From the NCBI GenBank assembly GCA_963693365.1, contig CAVNZM010000013.1, forward strand, positions 8,060,940 through 8,124,939: 64,000 nucleotides of DNA, in the 5' to 3' direction. The notes below the pieces were generated by a model, which worked only from the letters and a program-made list of their open reading frames with translations, did not search any database and was not told the DNA's origin. This DNA is from Amoebidium appalachense (lineage: Eukaryota; Protista; Ichthyosporea). Within the stretch, counting starts at the first letter, position 1, and each line of letters starts with the position of its first letter. Shown here piece after piece: positions 1 to 57,269 of this stretch. Position numbers and translations under genes: made by a program.

Positions 1-604
1 TTTTGTTCGTAGAGAGGCAGTACTATTGACATGCCATGGTATGTGTACGTTTCTGATGATTGTGCCCGGGGGCACGGCCATCGATCTAGGGTGTTTCTAG
101 ATGGCCGTGGCCCGGGGGGCACTTGGCTGAGACGTATAGCCAATAAGCAAATCGAAAGCAACAACATACTATCAGTAAATATGAATCCCCGTAAAGATTC
201 ATGCACTTATCAGCCGATCGATTCCAGGGTTGGAATGCGCGAATCCCGGGTATCCTCTTGCCGCCCGCCAGCCTTCGAAAATTGGGGGGCCGCTCGATGA
301 AAATATACACACAGTTAGGCAAAACACCCACAAGAAACAGAAAAACATAATCGACTTCAGTGTTTTTTGGGTTTTTCGAAAGTAGAAAATATATACTAAG
401 TTAAGCAGAAATTCAGGGAATCCTTGCGTCATGACTATTACGCATCAGGCGCTATTTATTTTCGAAGGTCGCTGATGCATTTATTTTTAAAAATGATTTT
501 TTTTTATAATGACTTTATTGATATGTTCAGCAAAATAGAAGCCATCGAGATATCACCGATATGAAAATGATGCAAAAATGCATCGGCGAACGGCTAGGTG
601 TTAA
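1..604. mobile_element. Right end of a piggyBac-type non-autonomous element (left end not seen)
   Basis: 585-600 GGCGAACGGCTAGGTG followed by TTAA matches the right TIR plus TSD of the complete MITE at 23566-23819 (GGCGAACGGCTAGGGG-TTAA). Segment 511-562 recurs with one mismatch at 57281-57332. The left boundary is unknown. Confidence 0.55.
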
Positions 605-1032
605 ATATTATCATAATACACGTTCCATAGCTTTGTGAAGAAGGATGGTTTTTAGCAGCATCTCCATCCAATAGTGGACTAATCAACCTGAGAAAGAAAA
701 CTTGTTCTGGCTGTACATGTACCTCTCTGCTTTATGCATTAGTCTTTTTGTGAAAACGTGGATGTCAAAGCTGTTGATAATAGTTATCTGGTTCAAGAGA
801 TATTCTGATATATCTCGCTCCTTCTTATCTTTTAAAGAATTCCAAAACACGCTCTGGGGGGATTAGTGTGGCTCATGGCTAAGCCAATAATATGCATTTA
901 ACTTTTGATTTGTCCAATCATATTGAGCTTAGGCTTAGGCCCGCGAGCACGGGTGAATTCCTTCTTTTTTTTTGTGAATTCCTCTTTTTTCTTTGAATTC
1001 GCGAGTTTGACCTTGGCCTTGCAAGCGCATGC

Positions 1033-1108
1033 TTATGCCACCTTTTTGTTGGGAACATCCATGTTAACTCTTATGCCACCTTTTTGTTGGGAACATCCAT
1101 GTTAACTC
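1033..1108. repeat. 38-bp perfect tandem duplication upstream of the ORP gene
   Basis: TTATGCCACCTTTTTGTTGGGAACATCCATGTTAACTC occurs twice (1033-1070 and 1071-1108). Confidence 0.9.
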
Positions 1109-1317
1109 ATGAGTACTCGTACTGTGTAGCACAAATACGCAGCGACCGTCACTGCAACCACTTTGTGTCTGTATATAGTGTGTTCACAGGCATAGGCCCC
1201 TCTGGTTACCTCAGCCACTTTTGCCATGCAGCAAAAGCGCCTAAAATCGACCTCTTAAGTGCTAGGTTTGACTCGAAACACGGCATTGAAAGCCACGAGG
1301 GCCCTTAGACCGTGAAC

Positions 1318-19827
<18,510 letters not shown>

Positions 19828-20789
19828 GTCCAACCCTGCAAGAGGTGCTTGTCGGATGTCTGCCGGCCGTTTGGTTTGCGAATGCTTTTTTTTTTGTGCC
19901 CCTCCGCACTGTATTTATATGTAGTATTTTATTTCGAATGATCCATGTATTGTATTATAGTGATACACCGTGTGCCGTACGACCACTTTTGTTTGTAGGA
20001 CAATTGATTTAAACCCCTAACTGAAATAACTGTGTATTTGTGGTGGATGTCAATGGGTCCCTGTATGGATGAGAAGGGGGTAGTATTTAGAAAAGGGGAT
20101 TGGCATGTATCATCAATTTTTTCGTACGCACTGCTTGTACGGCATTTTCAGGAAAAGTTTTCCGGGGGGGTTTTTTTTTAAGGGCAAGACGTTACATGGG
20201 AATTGCACCATTTTGTTAACCGCCACCCTGTTGCCTTCATTTTTTTCCTCCCCCGAGCCAATAAATCATTATCATCAAAGTCAGTTGCTGTCCTTCCACA
20301 TTGATAGGAAAGCAACACTGAAACCCCCCCCCCCCCCCCCCCCCCCCTTCACACACACACACACACACACAAAGGTATAAGGTGACTGGGGGAAAGTACA
20401 CGTGTGTACGTGACTTAGTGCCCTTCCGAAGGGATTCGATCGAAGGGGGGATTCGAGGGTTGTTGGAACAATTTGAAAGACACGTACACATGCTAATGGT
20501 TTACCACATTATAATCATCCTTCTACGTCCCTGTGCTGTAAGGTACACACACACCAACACTGTCAACCACCCACATGCACCTCGGTCTGGCGCACGACTG
20601 GCTCGCGGCTGCAATGCACAATATGACAAATTAGGATCAGGGAAGAGTTCGATTTTGCGAGATAGCCCGAGAAATGATACATGGTGGCCGAATCGGATGT
20701 GTACGCGTGTGTGTGTTGGTGGTGGTGGTGGTGGTGGTAGTGGTGGTGGGGGCAGCAGCGGCAGCGTCTCCCCACCCCCCCAGGGAATA

Positions 20790-21265
20790 CCATGTATTCA
20801 TATCCGCCTCCACCTTCGGAATCCGTGTACATGTTGGTCACGTCGCGATTGTGATTAACACTCGTATTACTGTACACGTGCACCACTGCCCCCCTCCCCC
20901 CCCCCTCCCCTCAAACCCTTCCCTCCCCCTCGTGTCTATATATCAAACCGGTTGAATCTGCAAAGTTTAACCGGTACCCCCCCTTCAAGTCAGACTTTCC
21001 CCCAGGCCCACCCTTTTCGTTTACAATAACTACCGACGTATCTGGCCCGGGCCCACCAATCATGTTCCAATCACTTGAATGCTTTTGCTCAATAGTCACG
21101 TGTAATACTAATCCATTAACTACATGTGAAATTGGCAATATTGATGGGGAAAAGCAAGTCTTAAAGTACTTACGTATTATGTTGGCGAAAGGTTGGTGAG
21201 TAGTTTGTCAGAGGCCCGCCCGGATCCGGAGCCAGACTCTGACCATCATGATGATATCTCGGAGC
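20790..21265 (-). other. Possible exons of an unidentified gene or degenerate element
   Basis: 21265-21174 (GTAAGT donor), 21073-20949 and 20885-~20790 join in frame: APRYHHDGQSLAPDPGGPLTNYSPTFRQHN-TDWNMIGGPGPDTSVVIVNEKGGPGGKSDLKGGYRLNFADST-VVHVYSNTSVNHNRDVTNMYTDSEG. No family recognised. Confidence 0.25.
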
Positions 21266-22244
21266 CTGCACTATACACACTCAGTCAGCATTAACTTGCC
21301 TACAGCAGGTGACGAACGGATAGCGATGACTTAGGCACTCCAAATACGTCTACACCCTCCCTACACTGAGTATAATACTGTGTATACACACTTGCATGGT
21401 GAGTAGTATGTACCAACAGCCTAGGAATACGTGCATATGAATGACGAATCAGAGTGACCCGCACACTGCATCTAGATCTTTGTGAGGCAAAACACCACAG
21501 AGTCACCTTGTACGTGTTGGATGCACACTTGTCATTAGATGCAGCAATCCTTTTATTAACTCGCACTAGCATATGAGCTACAATGTGCTAGCTATACCCT
21601 ACGGCAGAATACTAGGACTATTGATTATCTGTGATATTTAACGAATCATTGTAGGTGTGGCCACAGTACTACCCGAGCCGGACTATGTATATACAGGGAC
21701 GTCAACCTCATATATGCAGCACTTAGCCAGTCTTATACATTGTCACACTAATACAATATTCCTACTTTTTTGTTTGTTTTGTTTATGTGCCATCCATGTA
21801 CATCCGAATTGACATTTCAGACCTAAGCGCTGTCACGTATTGCACATGCTAATTGCACACACGTTGTTTAATGTTTGGGTAAGGAATGCTGCAGAATAAT
21901 GGCACTATATCATTCGTTTAACCGGTTTACCTTTACCCTGTCCACACTAACGCAAATAGTACACATTCCTCTCAAGAGAACGAACGTTTAAGTTTACTAC
22001 TAGTTCATTATTCCAGACCGCAAGCATCCATTCACGAATACATCAAACCTATAACACTAACACACACACACAACATTCGCATGAACATCGCATAATTACG
22101 CGCATACGACCCATCTATTATACTATTCTACTTCCTGAATTTTCCTTACTAGCCATATGTAAGCCACGGCACTAACAACAGATAGGCCAACCAACCCAGG
22201 CACCCCCTGAGTTGTTAAGTATTCCTCGTATTCACAGCGTATTC

Positions 22245-38638
<16,394 letters not shown>

Positions 38639-38699
38639 GCTGCTATTCCATCACCGTCCCCAAACCACTACACGGCAGCCGAAGCTTGTTGTTGCTTCG

Positions 38700-39885
38700 G
38701 GACCACAATTTCAGCTGAAAGGCTACACAAACCTCATCGCACACTAGCCTTATGTCTCCTTGTATCTTTCGCTTTCCTAAAGTCGCTCGAAAAGCGTCAA
38801 TCTTGCTTGTTTTTCAGCTCTGCTCTCTGTGCCCCTTCTCTGTTACTGCTGATAAATAAGGGGAGGGAGATAAGTCACTAGCCCTATAGCTATATCTAGA
38901 ATCCTGTGTTTTCTTGTCAAACTAAATTCTTCTTGTTTTTGGTGAATGTGCAGCACTCGCTTGTTTTCGGTGAATGTGCAGCACTCGCTTTCGTTCCTTT
39001 GAAACTTAGCCTAATTTATGTTACAGCCTTTTTGTCTCAGTCTCTCGCCTTTCTTGCCCCTCTCTATTCTCTCCGAGTGAGGCTCCCTGCCCGGGAGCTG
39101 ACACGGTGAGCCGATCGCGATTCGCGAAAGCAAAAAAGATCGCTGATTGGTGTCCTAAAATCCAAAGCAGCAGGCTTACGGCCAATCAAAGGTGCGTTCT
39201 AAGGATGTTAGCTAATTATAGATGCGAATAAAAAAGCATTACGGATAGTGTGTTTACATTCCATGAAAGCACAAAGCACTCCGGATTGGCTAAAACGGAT
39301 ACGTGTCAGGGTTGGAATATTCTACATGTTACGGGATTTTACAAAATCTGCACAGACCGCTAAAAGGCAATTTTCCATTATATTTTCCCGGCTAATATTG
39401 TTACCTGTTCATTATTTACAATATGTATGTTTACAATATTACTTACTAGCCATAAAAACAATGACGTCACCGAACAAACATAACAGCGGCGCCTCGCCGG
39501 CCGCACCATATCTTTGCAAAAGCCTTCTCACGACAAGGAAGCAAGAGAAATAGAATACTGCTAAAAATACGTGTGCGTGGTAGTACGTCTCTAGGCTTCT
39601 CCTTTATAATCAGGGGTACAAGGAGCCAGAGTGTGGGTTGCAGTGGATTTCAGTGAAATTGCGAAGAAATACCGAAGTGTGGGATGATTATGGCTGGAAT
39701 AGCAGGCACAGACTGCCTCAAAATGACCATTCTTGTATCTAGTTGCTGACCCAAGTCCTCGCCTTCTCCCGTCCTTAGTTTATAGCGGAGCAGCATAGAC
39801 ACCGTTTACTTGCAATAGAATAGGCTAACACAATAAACCCCCATATTCACACATCCATGGGCTCGTTTCAACCGCTTCCCCCATC
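38700..39885. promoter_or_regulatory. Divergent promoter region between the ankyrin-SAM and POT genes
   Basis: Microsatellite-free interval between head-to-head genes. CCAAT/ATTGG motifs at about 39146, 39182 and 39284. Palindromic TGACGTCA at 39462. Confidence 0.45.
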
Positions 39886-48468
<8,583 letters not shown>

Positions 48469-48723
48469 GTCCCCCATGATGAATTTTTGAGTGCTCGTCA
48501 GTTTTCGGTTTCTACATCCCCTATACCCTCCTTGTTTATGCCCTTTCTGATCTGCACATGTACAGTAGCACACCGACGCACCAACGGGTGCACTCTTTTT
48601 ATTTTGTTCTTTTATCCCCTCCCCTCCCCTCCCCCTCCTCCTCTCCCCCCCACCCCCCCTCTCGGGCCCCCAACCCCACCACCACCACCACCACACACAC
48701 ACACACACACGCACGCGCGTGCG

Positions 48724-48787
<64 letters not shown>

Positions 48788-48862
48788 AAAAAACCCCTTG
48801 CTTTGTCCACCACCGCCTTTACCCACGTTTGATGCCTGCTATTTTTCATTTGTTTTTACCCC

Positions 48863-48893
<31 letters not shown>

Positions 48894-48954
48894 ACACAAC
48901 CACCACCATCACCAGACGCGCGCGCGCGTGCACACACACACACACACGCGCGCG

Positions 48955-49055
<101 letters not shown>

Positions 49056-49439
49056 TATCACACATCTTTCCACCGCACCCTCTTTTTTACCACCGGCCAT
49101 GTCTTGTAGAATTCTGTAGGTGTGAAGGTAAACTTAGTAGCACAGTAGTGGCTTTTCTTGGGATGGCAATGGATCTCAGTTGGTCGGTTGGCGTATGAAT
49201 GTAGAAAGGCCCCCTAGCCAATCATCGCGTATGCACCATAGTAACGTGCACAATCGAAACATTTTTTTTTTTTTTTTAATTATATATTTCACTCCGTAAA
49301 TTTAGCCCCTGGGAGTCAAATCTGCACCCTGTGTGAATGGTGAAAGAGGAAGTAAATAAACGGGGCACCGCTATGGCAGGCTGAGCCCCATAACAAAGAT
49401 ATACGGTGTGAAATAAAACACATTTTTTCAAATCCATTG

Positions 49440-49900
49440 AGAGTATTCTGGTGTGCAATGGTTCGTGTTGAATGCTCTGGTGTGGTAAATGTTGAATATT
49501 CTGGTCGTGTGCAGATGAATATTCTGAGTGTGCAGTGGTAGGTGTTGAATATTCTGGTGTGCAGTGGAATATTCTGGGTGTGCAGAGGCAGGTGTTCATT
49601 ATCGATGGTGTGGTACACGTTGAAAATTCTGGTTTGCAGTGTAAGGGGTTGAATATTCTGGTGTGCAGCGGAATTCTGGGTGTGCAGTGGTAGTTGTTCA
49701 ATATTGATGCGGTGTGGTACACGTTGAATATTCTGGTGTGCAGAGGAATATTCTGGTGTGCAGTGGAATAGTCTAGTGTGCAGCGTACATGGAATGTTGA
49801 ATGTTCCGGTACGCAGAGTACATGCATGTAAGTTAGCTGAATACATCGTGAATATTCTGCCAGTATGTGCAGTGGTACATTTTTGAATGTTCTGGTACAA
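49440..49900. repeat. Degenerate intergenic minisatellite with core GAATATTCTGGTGTGCAGTG
   Basis: More than 12 degenerate copies at 20-30-bp spacing between the convergent POT and F-box genes. Confidence 0.8.
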
Positions 49901-51871
49901 GTTGGATACTATTATGTGTGCAATCATGCATGATATATCTCGGAGAGCCATGGTGTGTAGTGGTAGGGTCGTTTGGCCCAAAAATATATATAATACCCAT
50001 TTCAACTGTACTCCAAAGAAAAAAAAAAAAAATTCTCTATATTTCCTCCTAAGTATGCACGGCATACAATAAATCCAGTACAAATTTGCAAAAGAAAAAT
50101 ATCCCAAAATGGCGCAGAGAATCCGATCGCGTGCCGATCATTGGCGATCTCCAGGAAATGGTGCCGCGATCCGTCAGTTCGAGCCTGTCTAGTCTAAAAA
50201 GACACGCCATGACTCCATAGTTTGATATTCTTGTTAGAAATTAGTGTCTATAATGACGTCATCTATTGACAGACTATCAACCTTTCTTTTTTTGGCCGGT
50301 GAGCCCTGAGTACAAAAGCTTCGCACATGTCGACCACCCTCCCCTTTCCCACACACCTTCCATCTTGCAAGTTCTGTTTGAGTGTTTTGTAGGCACCTTT
50401 ACCTCTTGTGTACCCCTCCTTCCTCCAAGTGTATACTAACGAACATCATGCCGCTATGTTGTTTCTATTAAGGTTGGCAAACCGAGGTACAGTACGTGTC
50501 AATAAAACGAGCCACAGACTTAGCTTGCAAGTTTAGCCTGTCTGACTACCTCCGCCCCTACCTCTTTCACTCCAGCCCCACTCATCGCTTCCCCCTCCCC
50601 TCCCCGCCTGGTTCTAGGCATTCTGCAACACGGTTTCCATTTGTCTCACAACAACCTTTACTCTTCTTGTGATAGTACACCAGCACATGCCTGGGGGCTG
50701 ACAAGCACGTTCAACAGGCAAGATACCTTCTGTGTGTTTGCACGACGCTTCTTTGCCTCCTTCGCACGCGAACCCCCCCTCCCCCTCCTTTCTTTGAAAG
50801 TGCGGTCGACCGCGGGCAGCCTCTGTGGCTGACTTGCCTCGTCGATATGCACGAGAGTGACTGTGGCAACACTATCGCGACGATGCGACAGGCACCGACC
50901 CACCTGTCGGCTGCCTTTACAAAGTTCGCGTACATAATCCTGTATAAACACGCTTGCCTGCTGCCTTTCGTTTTACACGGTGCTCTGTGATGTGCTTACA
51001 CTGGGCACTTGGCACAGTCTTGTAGCTGGTAAGGCACTACCAACCACGTACACATCATGCCCTGTGTGACTTGCACTGGACTGCAAAAATGCCTTTTTGC
51101 GTGAAGACATGCTCTCTACCGGTACACTGACCTAGAGTTCTGCGGAATGCAACTTGAACATTTGCCAAATAACATGGAATAGAAGTGCCTGCCAATTCTG
51201 CATCACGAGCGTACCTAGGTACGGCGGCTCTTTGGTTAGGAATCAATAATGCCGACATCATAGTCGGCTCACATACGTGAATTGCACAGGGCATGTTTAT
51301 TACATGGTAGATGCGGATCGCCCACCTACAAAAAAACTCTGGGCAGCTGTGAGTCTGTGTACATACGTGTGCTTGTAAGCAACCGACACGGCTAGTATGG
51401 GCTAGTACAGGCTAATACTAAAAAGCTACAACCTTGTTCGAATTCTGTGCTTCCAGTGTGCTTTGCAGGTCCCAATTGCAATGTTTTCCCCTAGCATTGC
51501 CAAATTCAAAGTGAGAGCACTGCAAAGAGTGCAGATGTATCCGCGTCCTGAGCCAGACCCAATGCAGACGAAGCAAGACAACCGGGCCGTGCTAGTGTGA
51601 CCGATACCCCAGCTGGTCACTCAACCTAGGCATATTCAGTTGCTGTACAAAATATTTTTTCCATCCACGCACTGCCGTGATCTAAAAGAACAGCCATTCA
51701 TAAACACGTTTGCATCACACTTTTGTATCAAACCAAACACCAATTTGCACCTTGCCAATTGCAATCCTCCTCCCCAACCCCATGGCCAGCCACCCACCCA
51801 CACACACAAAACAAACAGACACAGACAGGCCAGAAAAATAAATAAAAATATGGAGCCTTTCGTGCCCTGCC

Positions 51872-52014
51872 TCAGAATGGGTAGCTGCCGGGGTCGAGCC
51901 AGCGGCTGGGCTGCTGTTGGGGAGGTGGCTGGGGCTGGCTGGAGTCTTTGGGCAGAAGCGGACGGATAACTGAGGGCACATGGCGCACAAGACGCAGCGC
52001 ACGCCGGCTCAACT

Positions 52015-52054
<40 letters not shown>

Positions 52055-52077
52055 GGGGCGCTGCAGAGGGTTGGAGT

Positions 52078-52131
<54 letters not shown>

Positions 52132-52254
52132 CAACAAGTCGCGGATTTTCTTTTTGGAAACAAAACTAATTTATACTTCCAATCGTGTCTGTGTGCTGGC
52201 ACGTGCACACGTGTGTATGTGCATGTGTTGGTGGTAGTTCGTGCGGAGGTTTTC

Positions 52255-52298
<44 letters not shown>

Positions 52299-52458
52299 CC
52301 TTTCTCCCAGAGTCTCTCTCTCCCCCCCCCCCAAGCTCCTATTTTTACCGAATCATCAATGTCCAAACAGGCAGCCAAGAAACCCACACACAGCCACGTG
52401 CACACAAAGATACCCGCACACCCGAAAACTGCCAACCACAGTCATACGCAAAACGTGT

Positions 52459-52491
<33 letters not shown>

Positions 52492-52581
52492 CCACACACG
52501 CACAGACATTAAACATACACACACACACACACATAAACGTATACAAGAACAGACAGCCATAAGCACACAGACACAGACACA

Positions 52582-52642
<61 letters not shown>

Positions 52643-52688
52643 TCACATACGGACACAGACACAGACACAGACACAGACACAGACACAG

Positions 52689-52719
<31 letters not shown>

Positions 52720-53119
52720 AACCCACACACCTCCTCACACCCGTAGAGGTTCAGTACTTGCAGGTTGGGCAGGGTTGCTATGCCGGCCAGGTCTTGGTCC
52801 TGCAGCTATAAATAGATGGGGTGTTAGGTGCTGGCAGCAGCAGTCACGGTGATAAAGAAGTGCATGCTGAGCGACGACAAATGCAAGGGTTGGACAAGAT
52901 TATTCTCTTTCTCTTTTCTTTGATGACGGAGGAAGGAGAGAGAGAGAGGGGGGGGGGGGGGGGGGGAAGGTTTAAGGATGAAAAAAAGCAAGACAAGCCA
53001 GTAGAACAGTCACATCCACGTTGTCATGTATCACAATAGAGTGTGCGTGCACCAAAAACATGTCGACACGTGCACGTGCACACACTCAAACTCATGCGAG
53101 CAAAAGCACAAACAAGCAA

Positions 53120-53150
<31 letters not shown>

Positions 53151-53585
53151 CCACCACCACCACATACACACACACACGACTACCACCAACCATTACACCC
53201 ATCCACCCATCAACTCGCGGAAGAGACACACGATCACCAGTAGCCCACACCAAAATGCACACCACGAAGGAAACAGCCCAAATTTCAAACCCCCCCAGCT
53301 TGCCGCCAGGACCACAGTTTTTGCTTCCTTCGTTCCCTTTTTACCCCCATGTCAGCAAGAAAGGAGAGCACAGACCTGTGGGCAGTGGGTCAGGTGCAGT
53401 GTTCTGAGGCTTGTGAGCCCAGACAGGGCAGACAGGTCGCTGATGGAGTGGCAGTCGTCCAGCCTGAGGGCAGACAGGCAGGCCAGGGCAGACAGTGCGC
53501 CCACCACTGGGCCTGCAAGAGAGCTGCTGTAGCGCAGATCAAGTGTCTGCAGGTTGGCCTGTCGGAGCACCGCTGGAAGGCTGCG

Positions 53586-53628
<43 letters not shown>

Positions 53629-54720
53629 ATATTACTACGTCGCTCTCTTGTTTATATTATTTGATTATACTTTTCTTTGGTCTGGTTTTGTTTGTGTGAA
53701 AGGGCAAAGTGACTTTGAAAATGGAAACAGGAGAGAGAGTGGACGGAAGACAGGAGAGCACAAAGCAGGTGTACGCTATGTTCATCCCCGCACAAACAAG
53801 CCGAGACACGATGCAGCTCTACTCTGTGGGCAGAGACAGACCACGGCGCACCTTTCGATGGTTGCATCCGACAGGCGCAGGGTCCGGAGTGCCGGCAGGG
53901 CAGGCAGATAGTCGGGGGTGAAGGCATTGACCACCGTCAGACTGGTCAGCCCCACTAGCCCAATCAGGTGGCTCAGCCCAGGCCCTGTGCCCATATATGG
54001 TTAGGTCATGCCCTTAAATGGTTAGGTTATACCCATACATGGCTTGTCATGCCCATATGGCATATACTGTTAGGCCTGTGTACATATATACATGGTTAGA
54101 TTATGTCCAGGTATGGCAAGGCTATGCCCAAAAATGGCTGTTTTCAATAAACGAACCAGAAACTCACTCAAAATTTGTAGCTGCACACCAACCCACAACG
54201 TTGCACATCCACCGCCAGCCACCAACCCACCCGCTCATACCCACACCCACAAGGTCACCGCCCCTCACCACACCCTCTTATCCAGCTATGCCCAACACCA
54301 CCAAGCCCTTCACCCTACACGGCATACCCCAGTACACCGCACCCACCGACTATGGCCGGGGAGTCCAGGACCAGCTCGGCCAGCAGTGTGCAGGGCACAA
54401 GGTGCACCAGCCCGGCATCGGTCACGTGCTGGCAGCCCCACAGCTGCAGGCACTGCAGCCGGGGCATGCTGCCTAAAAAGGCTAGCTGTGCGTCCATCGT
54501 ATTGGCTGGCAGGCACAGCTGCGTCAGCCGGGCCGCATATGTGGGTAGGCTGAACAGTCCCTCCGTGCCCAGGTGGATGCTGGCCCCAAGATCTGGGGGC
54601 AGTAGACCTTGAGGTAAGAACGTAAACATAAAAACGAAGAAACCATGCAAAAGGTATGAACATGAAATGACAGGTCCCTATCCACACCGTGGGGAACTGG
54701 TGATTTGAGGGTTTTATTTC

Positions 54721-54755
<35 letters not shown>

Positions 54756-55346
54756 TTTTCTTTTTTTTTTTTTGTGTGTGTGTGTGTATGTTGAGGGAGA
54801 GGGGGGGGGGGGGGGAGCACTCAGAATGTGGTACAAACGTACATACAGAAAAAAATGACGGAGGAGGGGAGAAAGGGAGGGGAAGGTGGTGGTGGGGGGG
54901 GGGGGGGGGGGGGGGGGGGACACATGCACAAAATGGCAATGCAGGGTTTGCGTACATGTGCGTTCGTGTGTGTGTGTGCGTTTCGATCTGTGTGCACACC
55001 TACCCAGGGTGTTGAGGTGGTGCAGGGTCTGCAGCGTCAACAGATCAGCAGCACCCACATCCTCCGCCAGCACCAGTGTGTGCAGAAAGGGGAACATGGA
55101 CGCTATCTGCTGAAGACTGCGCCGGTCATGGCTGCTCCACTCCCACTGGTGACGTGCACCCCGGCATATCTAAAAGGAAAAATGTGCGGATTTTTTTTGT
55201 TTGTGTGCATGTGTGAGTGAGGGGGTGTGTTAGAGAGAGAGGGGAGAGGGAGAGCGAGAGCGAGGGAGGGAGGGAGGGAGGGAGGGAGGGAGGGAGGGAA
55301 GGAGGGAGGGAGGGGGGGAAGGGGGGAGAGGGAGAGAGGGGGGAGG

Positions 55347-55427
<81 letters not shown>

Positions 55428-55900
55428 GGCGTGTGTGGTAGTATATGTTTATCATAAGGAAGAAAAAGCACAGCATTAATATACGCCACGAAGAACACGG
55501 TGCAGGACTTCCTAAAATTGACAAAACATGAACGGTCCCAATTCTAAGAGTTGGGGGAGGGGGGGGAGGGGCGAGGGGCGGTTATTTTCAAAGTGAAAAA
55601 CAAAAGCCCGGGTGAATAAAACAAGGTGCAGGAAATATTAGGCTAGCAATGACAGTGGAATACACGCTAGTGCCGTAGGGAGAGAAGGACCAATACAACA
55701 ATTGGTATCCCCCTCCCCCTGCTCCCCCCTCCCCCCACACACACACACTTTTTTTTTTTTGTATTTATTTATTTATTGGTTGCAAAGGGAGAGTGTAGAT
55801 TCGGCAATCTTGTGTGCGCGTATGTGTGCGTGCCACACGCATATGTGTGGCTTAATTTATAGTTGTTATTGTTCAATCTGGGGTGTTTGTGTGTGTGGTG

Positions 55901-55937
<37 letters not shown>

Positions 55938-56513
55938 GGAGGAGGGGTGACTCCTACTCATTTGTCAAAGCCTGCAAGCTTGTGTTTAAATTTGTGCGTT
56001 GTGTGTAACAGCTTCCGTTCACCTGTTGTCGTGGACAAATGCTGGTGTAACTGCAGACATATGCTGAATGTTTTGCTTTGCCCGCTCTCATGCTCTGTGT
56101 TTTAACTGTGCGCATGCTCGTATTCATTTCTTCCTTTCCGTCATCACCATGTTCACAGGCACAAAAAGAACTATCCACAATTACACACCCACCTTCTGCA
56201 TTCTCCTGTTGACGTTCCACAGGGACATGATGTCTTCCTGGGGAAGAAACGACGCTATTCTCTCGAGCAACTCATCTGGTAGGTCCAGCAACTGGAGTGA
56301 TGTTTCCTCCTCCAGCGGGCGTGGTCGAGGTGAACGTACCCCTTGAGCCTGGTAGACAGCAGCAGCCGCAAGGAGGATAGGAAGAAGGAGAAGTTGTTCG
56401 GGGGGAACGGAGTTTTGAATGGAGTGGTTGTGGGTGATGGGTTGGACCGTGGAATTGTCGTCATCGTTGTTGTTTTGTGGATCCATTCCTGGTTGAACTG
56501 AATCCTCTGACAT
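51872..56513 (-). CDS. F-box/leucine-rich-repeat (FBXL-type) protein, about 7 exons
   Basis: Exon 1 56513-56193 has an F-box (LLDLPDELLERIASFLPQEDIMSLWNVNRRM). LRR exons: 55169-55004; 54607-~54350 (LQCLQLWGCQHVTDAGLVHL); ~53983-53857; ~53581-53376 (LSALRLDDCHSISDLSALSGLTSLRTLHLTHCPQ); ~52806-52732 (LPNLQVLNLYGCEE). Last exon ~52012-51872. Confidence 0.88.
53984..54130 (-). repeat. 21-bp minisatellite with a CTAAC branch-point motif abutting an acceptor
   Basis: Minus-strand unit TATATGGGCATGACCTAACCA, about 6 degenerate copies, ending TATATGGGCACAG|GGCCTG. Confidence 0.7.
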
Positions 56514-57269
56514 GTAGCTTGCCTAGCAATAGTTCGTTGTGTGTAGAAGTACGGAGGTAAAAAAAGGCACTTGGTTCTTGCCTGCTCTCAAGTTACTTGT
56601 ATGTCTGGAAGTAATGCCGAAAGCCCCCACCAGCAAAAATGAGCACTGCCATGATCTTTTCTTTAGATACACACACAAAACAGGCAACCCGCAGCTGGTG
56701 CTGTTGGAGCTATGCCTGCTATATGTCAGAGGGGTGGACAGAAGTGCCTTTGAAGCTCCCACATGCAGCAAACAAAACAAGGGGTGCGCTATGTATGAAG
56801 GCGCTCATGAGGTGTTTCCGCTGAGGTATCGATGGCTATATTCCATCTTTCAGTCAAACGCTGTGCAAGGGAAATAGTTGATGATTCAGGTTCGAATACC
56901 GTGATGGGGAATAGATGAGGTGATGCAAGAGGAGAAAGATAGAGTCATGTCAAGTGTTCGTGAACGGTCGACGAAGTTTCGGCCGTTTCTGCACTGCTGT
57001 GCCGTGGGCACGACTCGGATCAGAGAGATACAAACGAGGACTCCGGTGTGAAACGACATGAACCTAATCTCGAGGATAAAGTAGCTGACTCTTTCAGTGT
57101 CTGCTGCCTCGAAGATATCGTATTAAGAAATATATGGGGATGCAAAGGAATGTGATCGAATGCACTGCGCCGCCCGGCCGCGGGACGGGGTTGCCTTTCT
57201 GTGTTTGCGTAACGGTTGCGTAAGATGCTGTTGAACTGCCCACAATAAATCTGCAATTTTTTTTATTTT

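Noticed and set aside
49440-49900. CRISPR-like array
   Set aside because: Repeats are degenerate with no unique spacers of constant length, there are no cas genes, and the context is eukaryotic.
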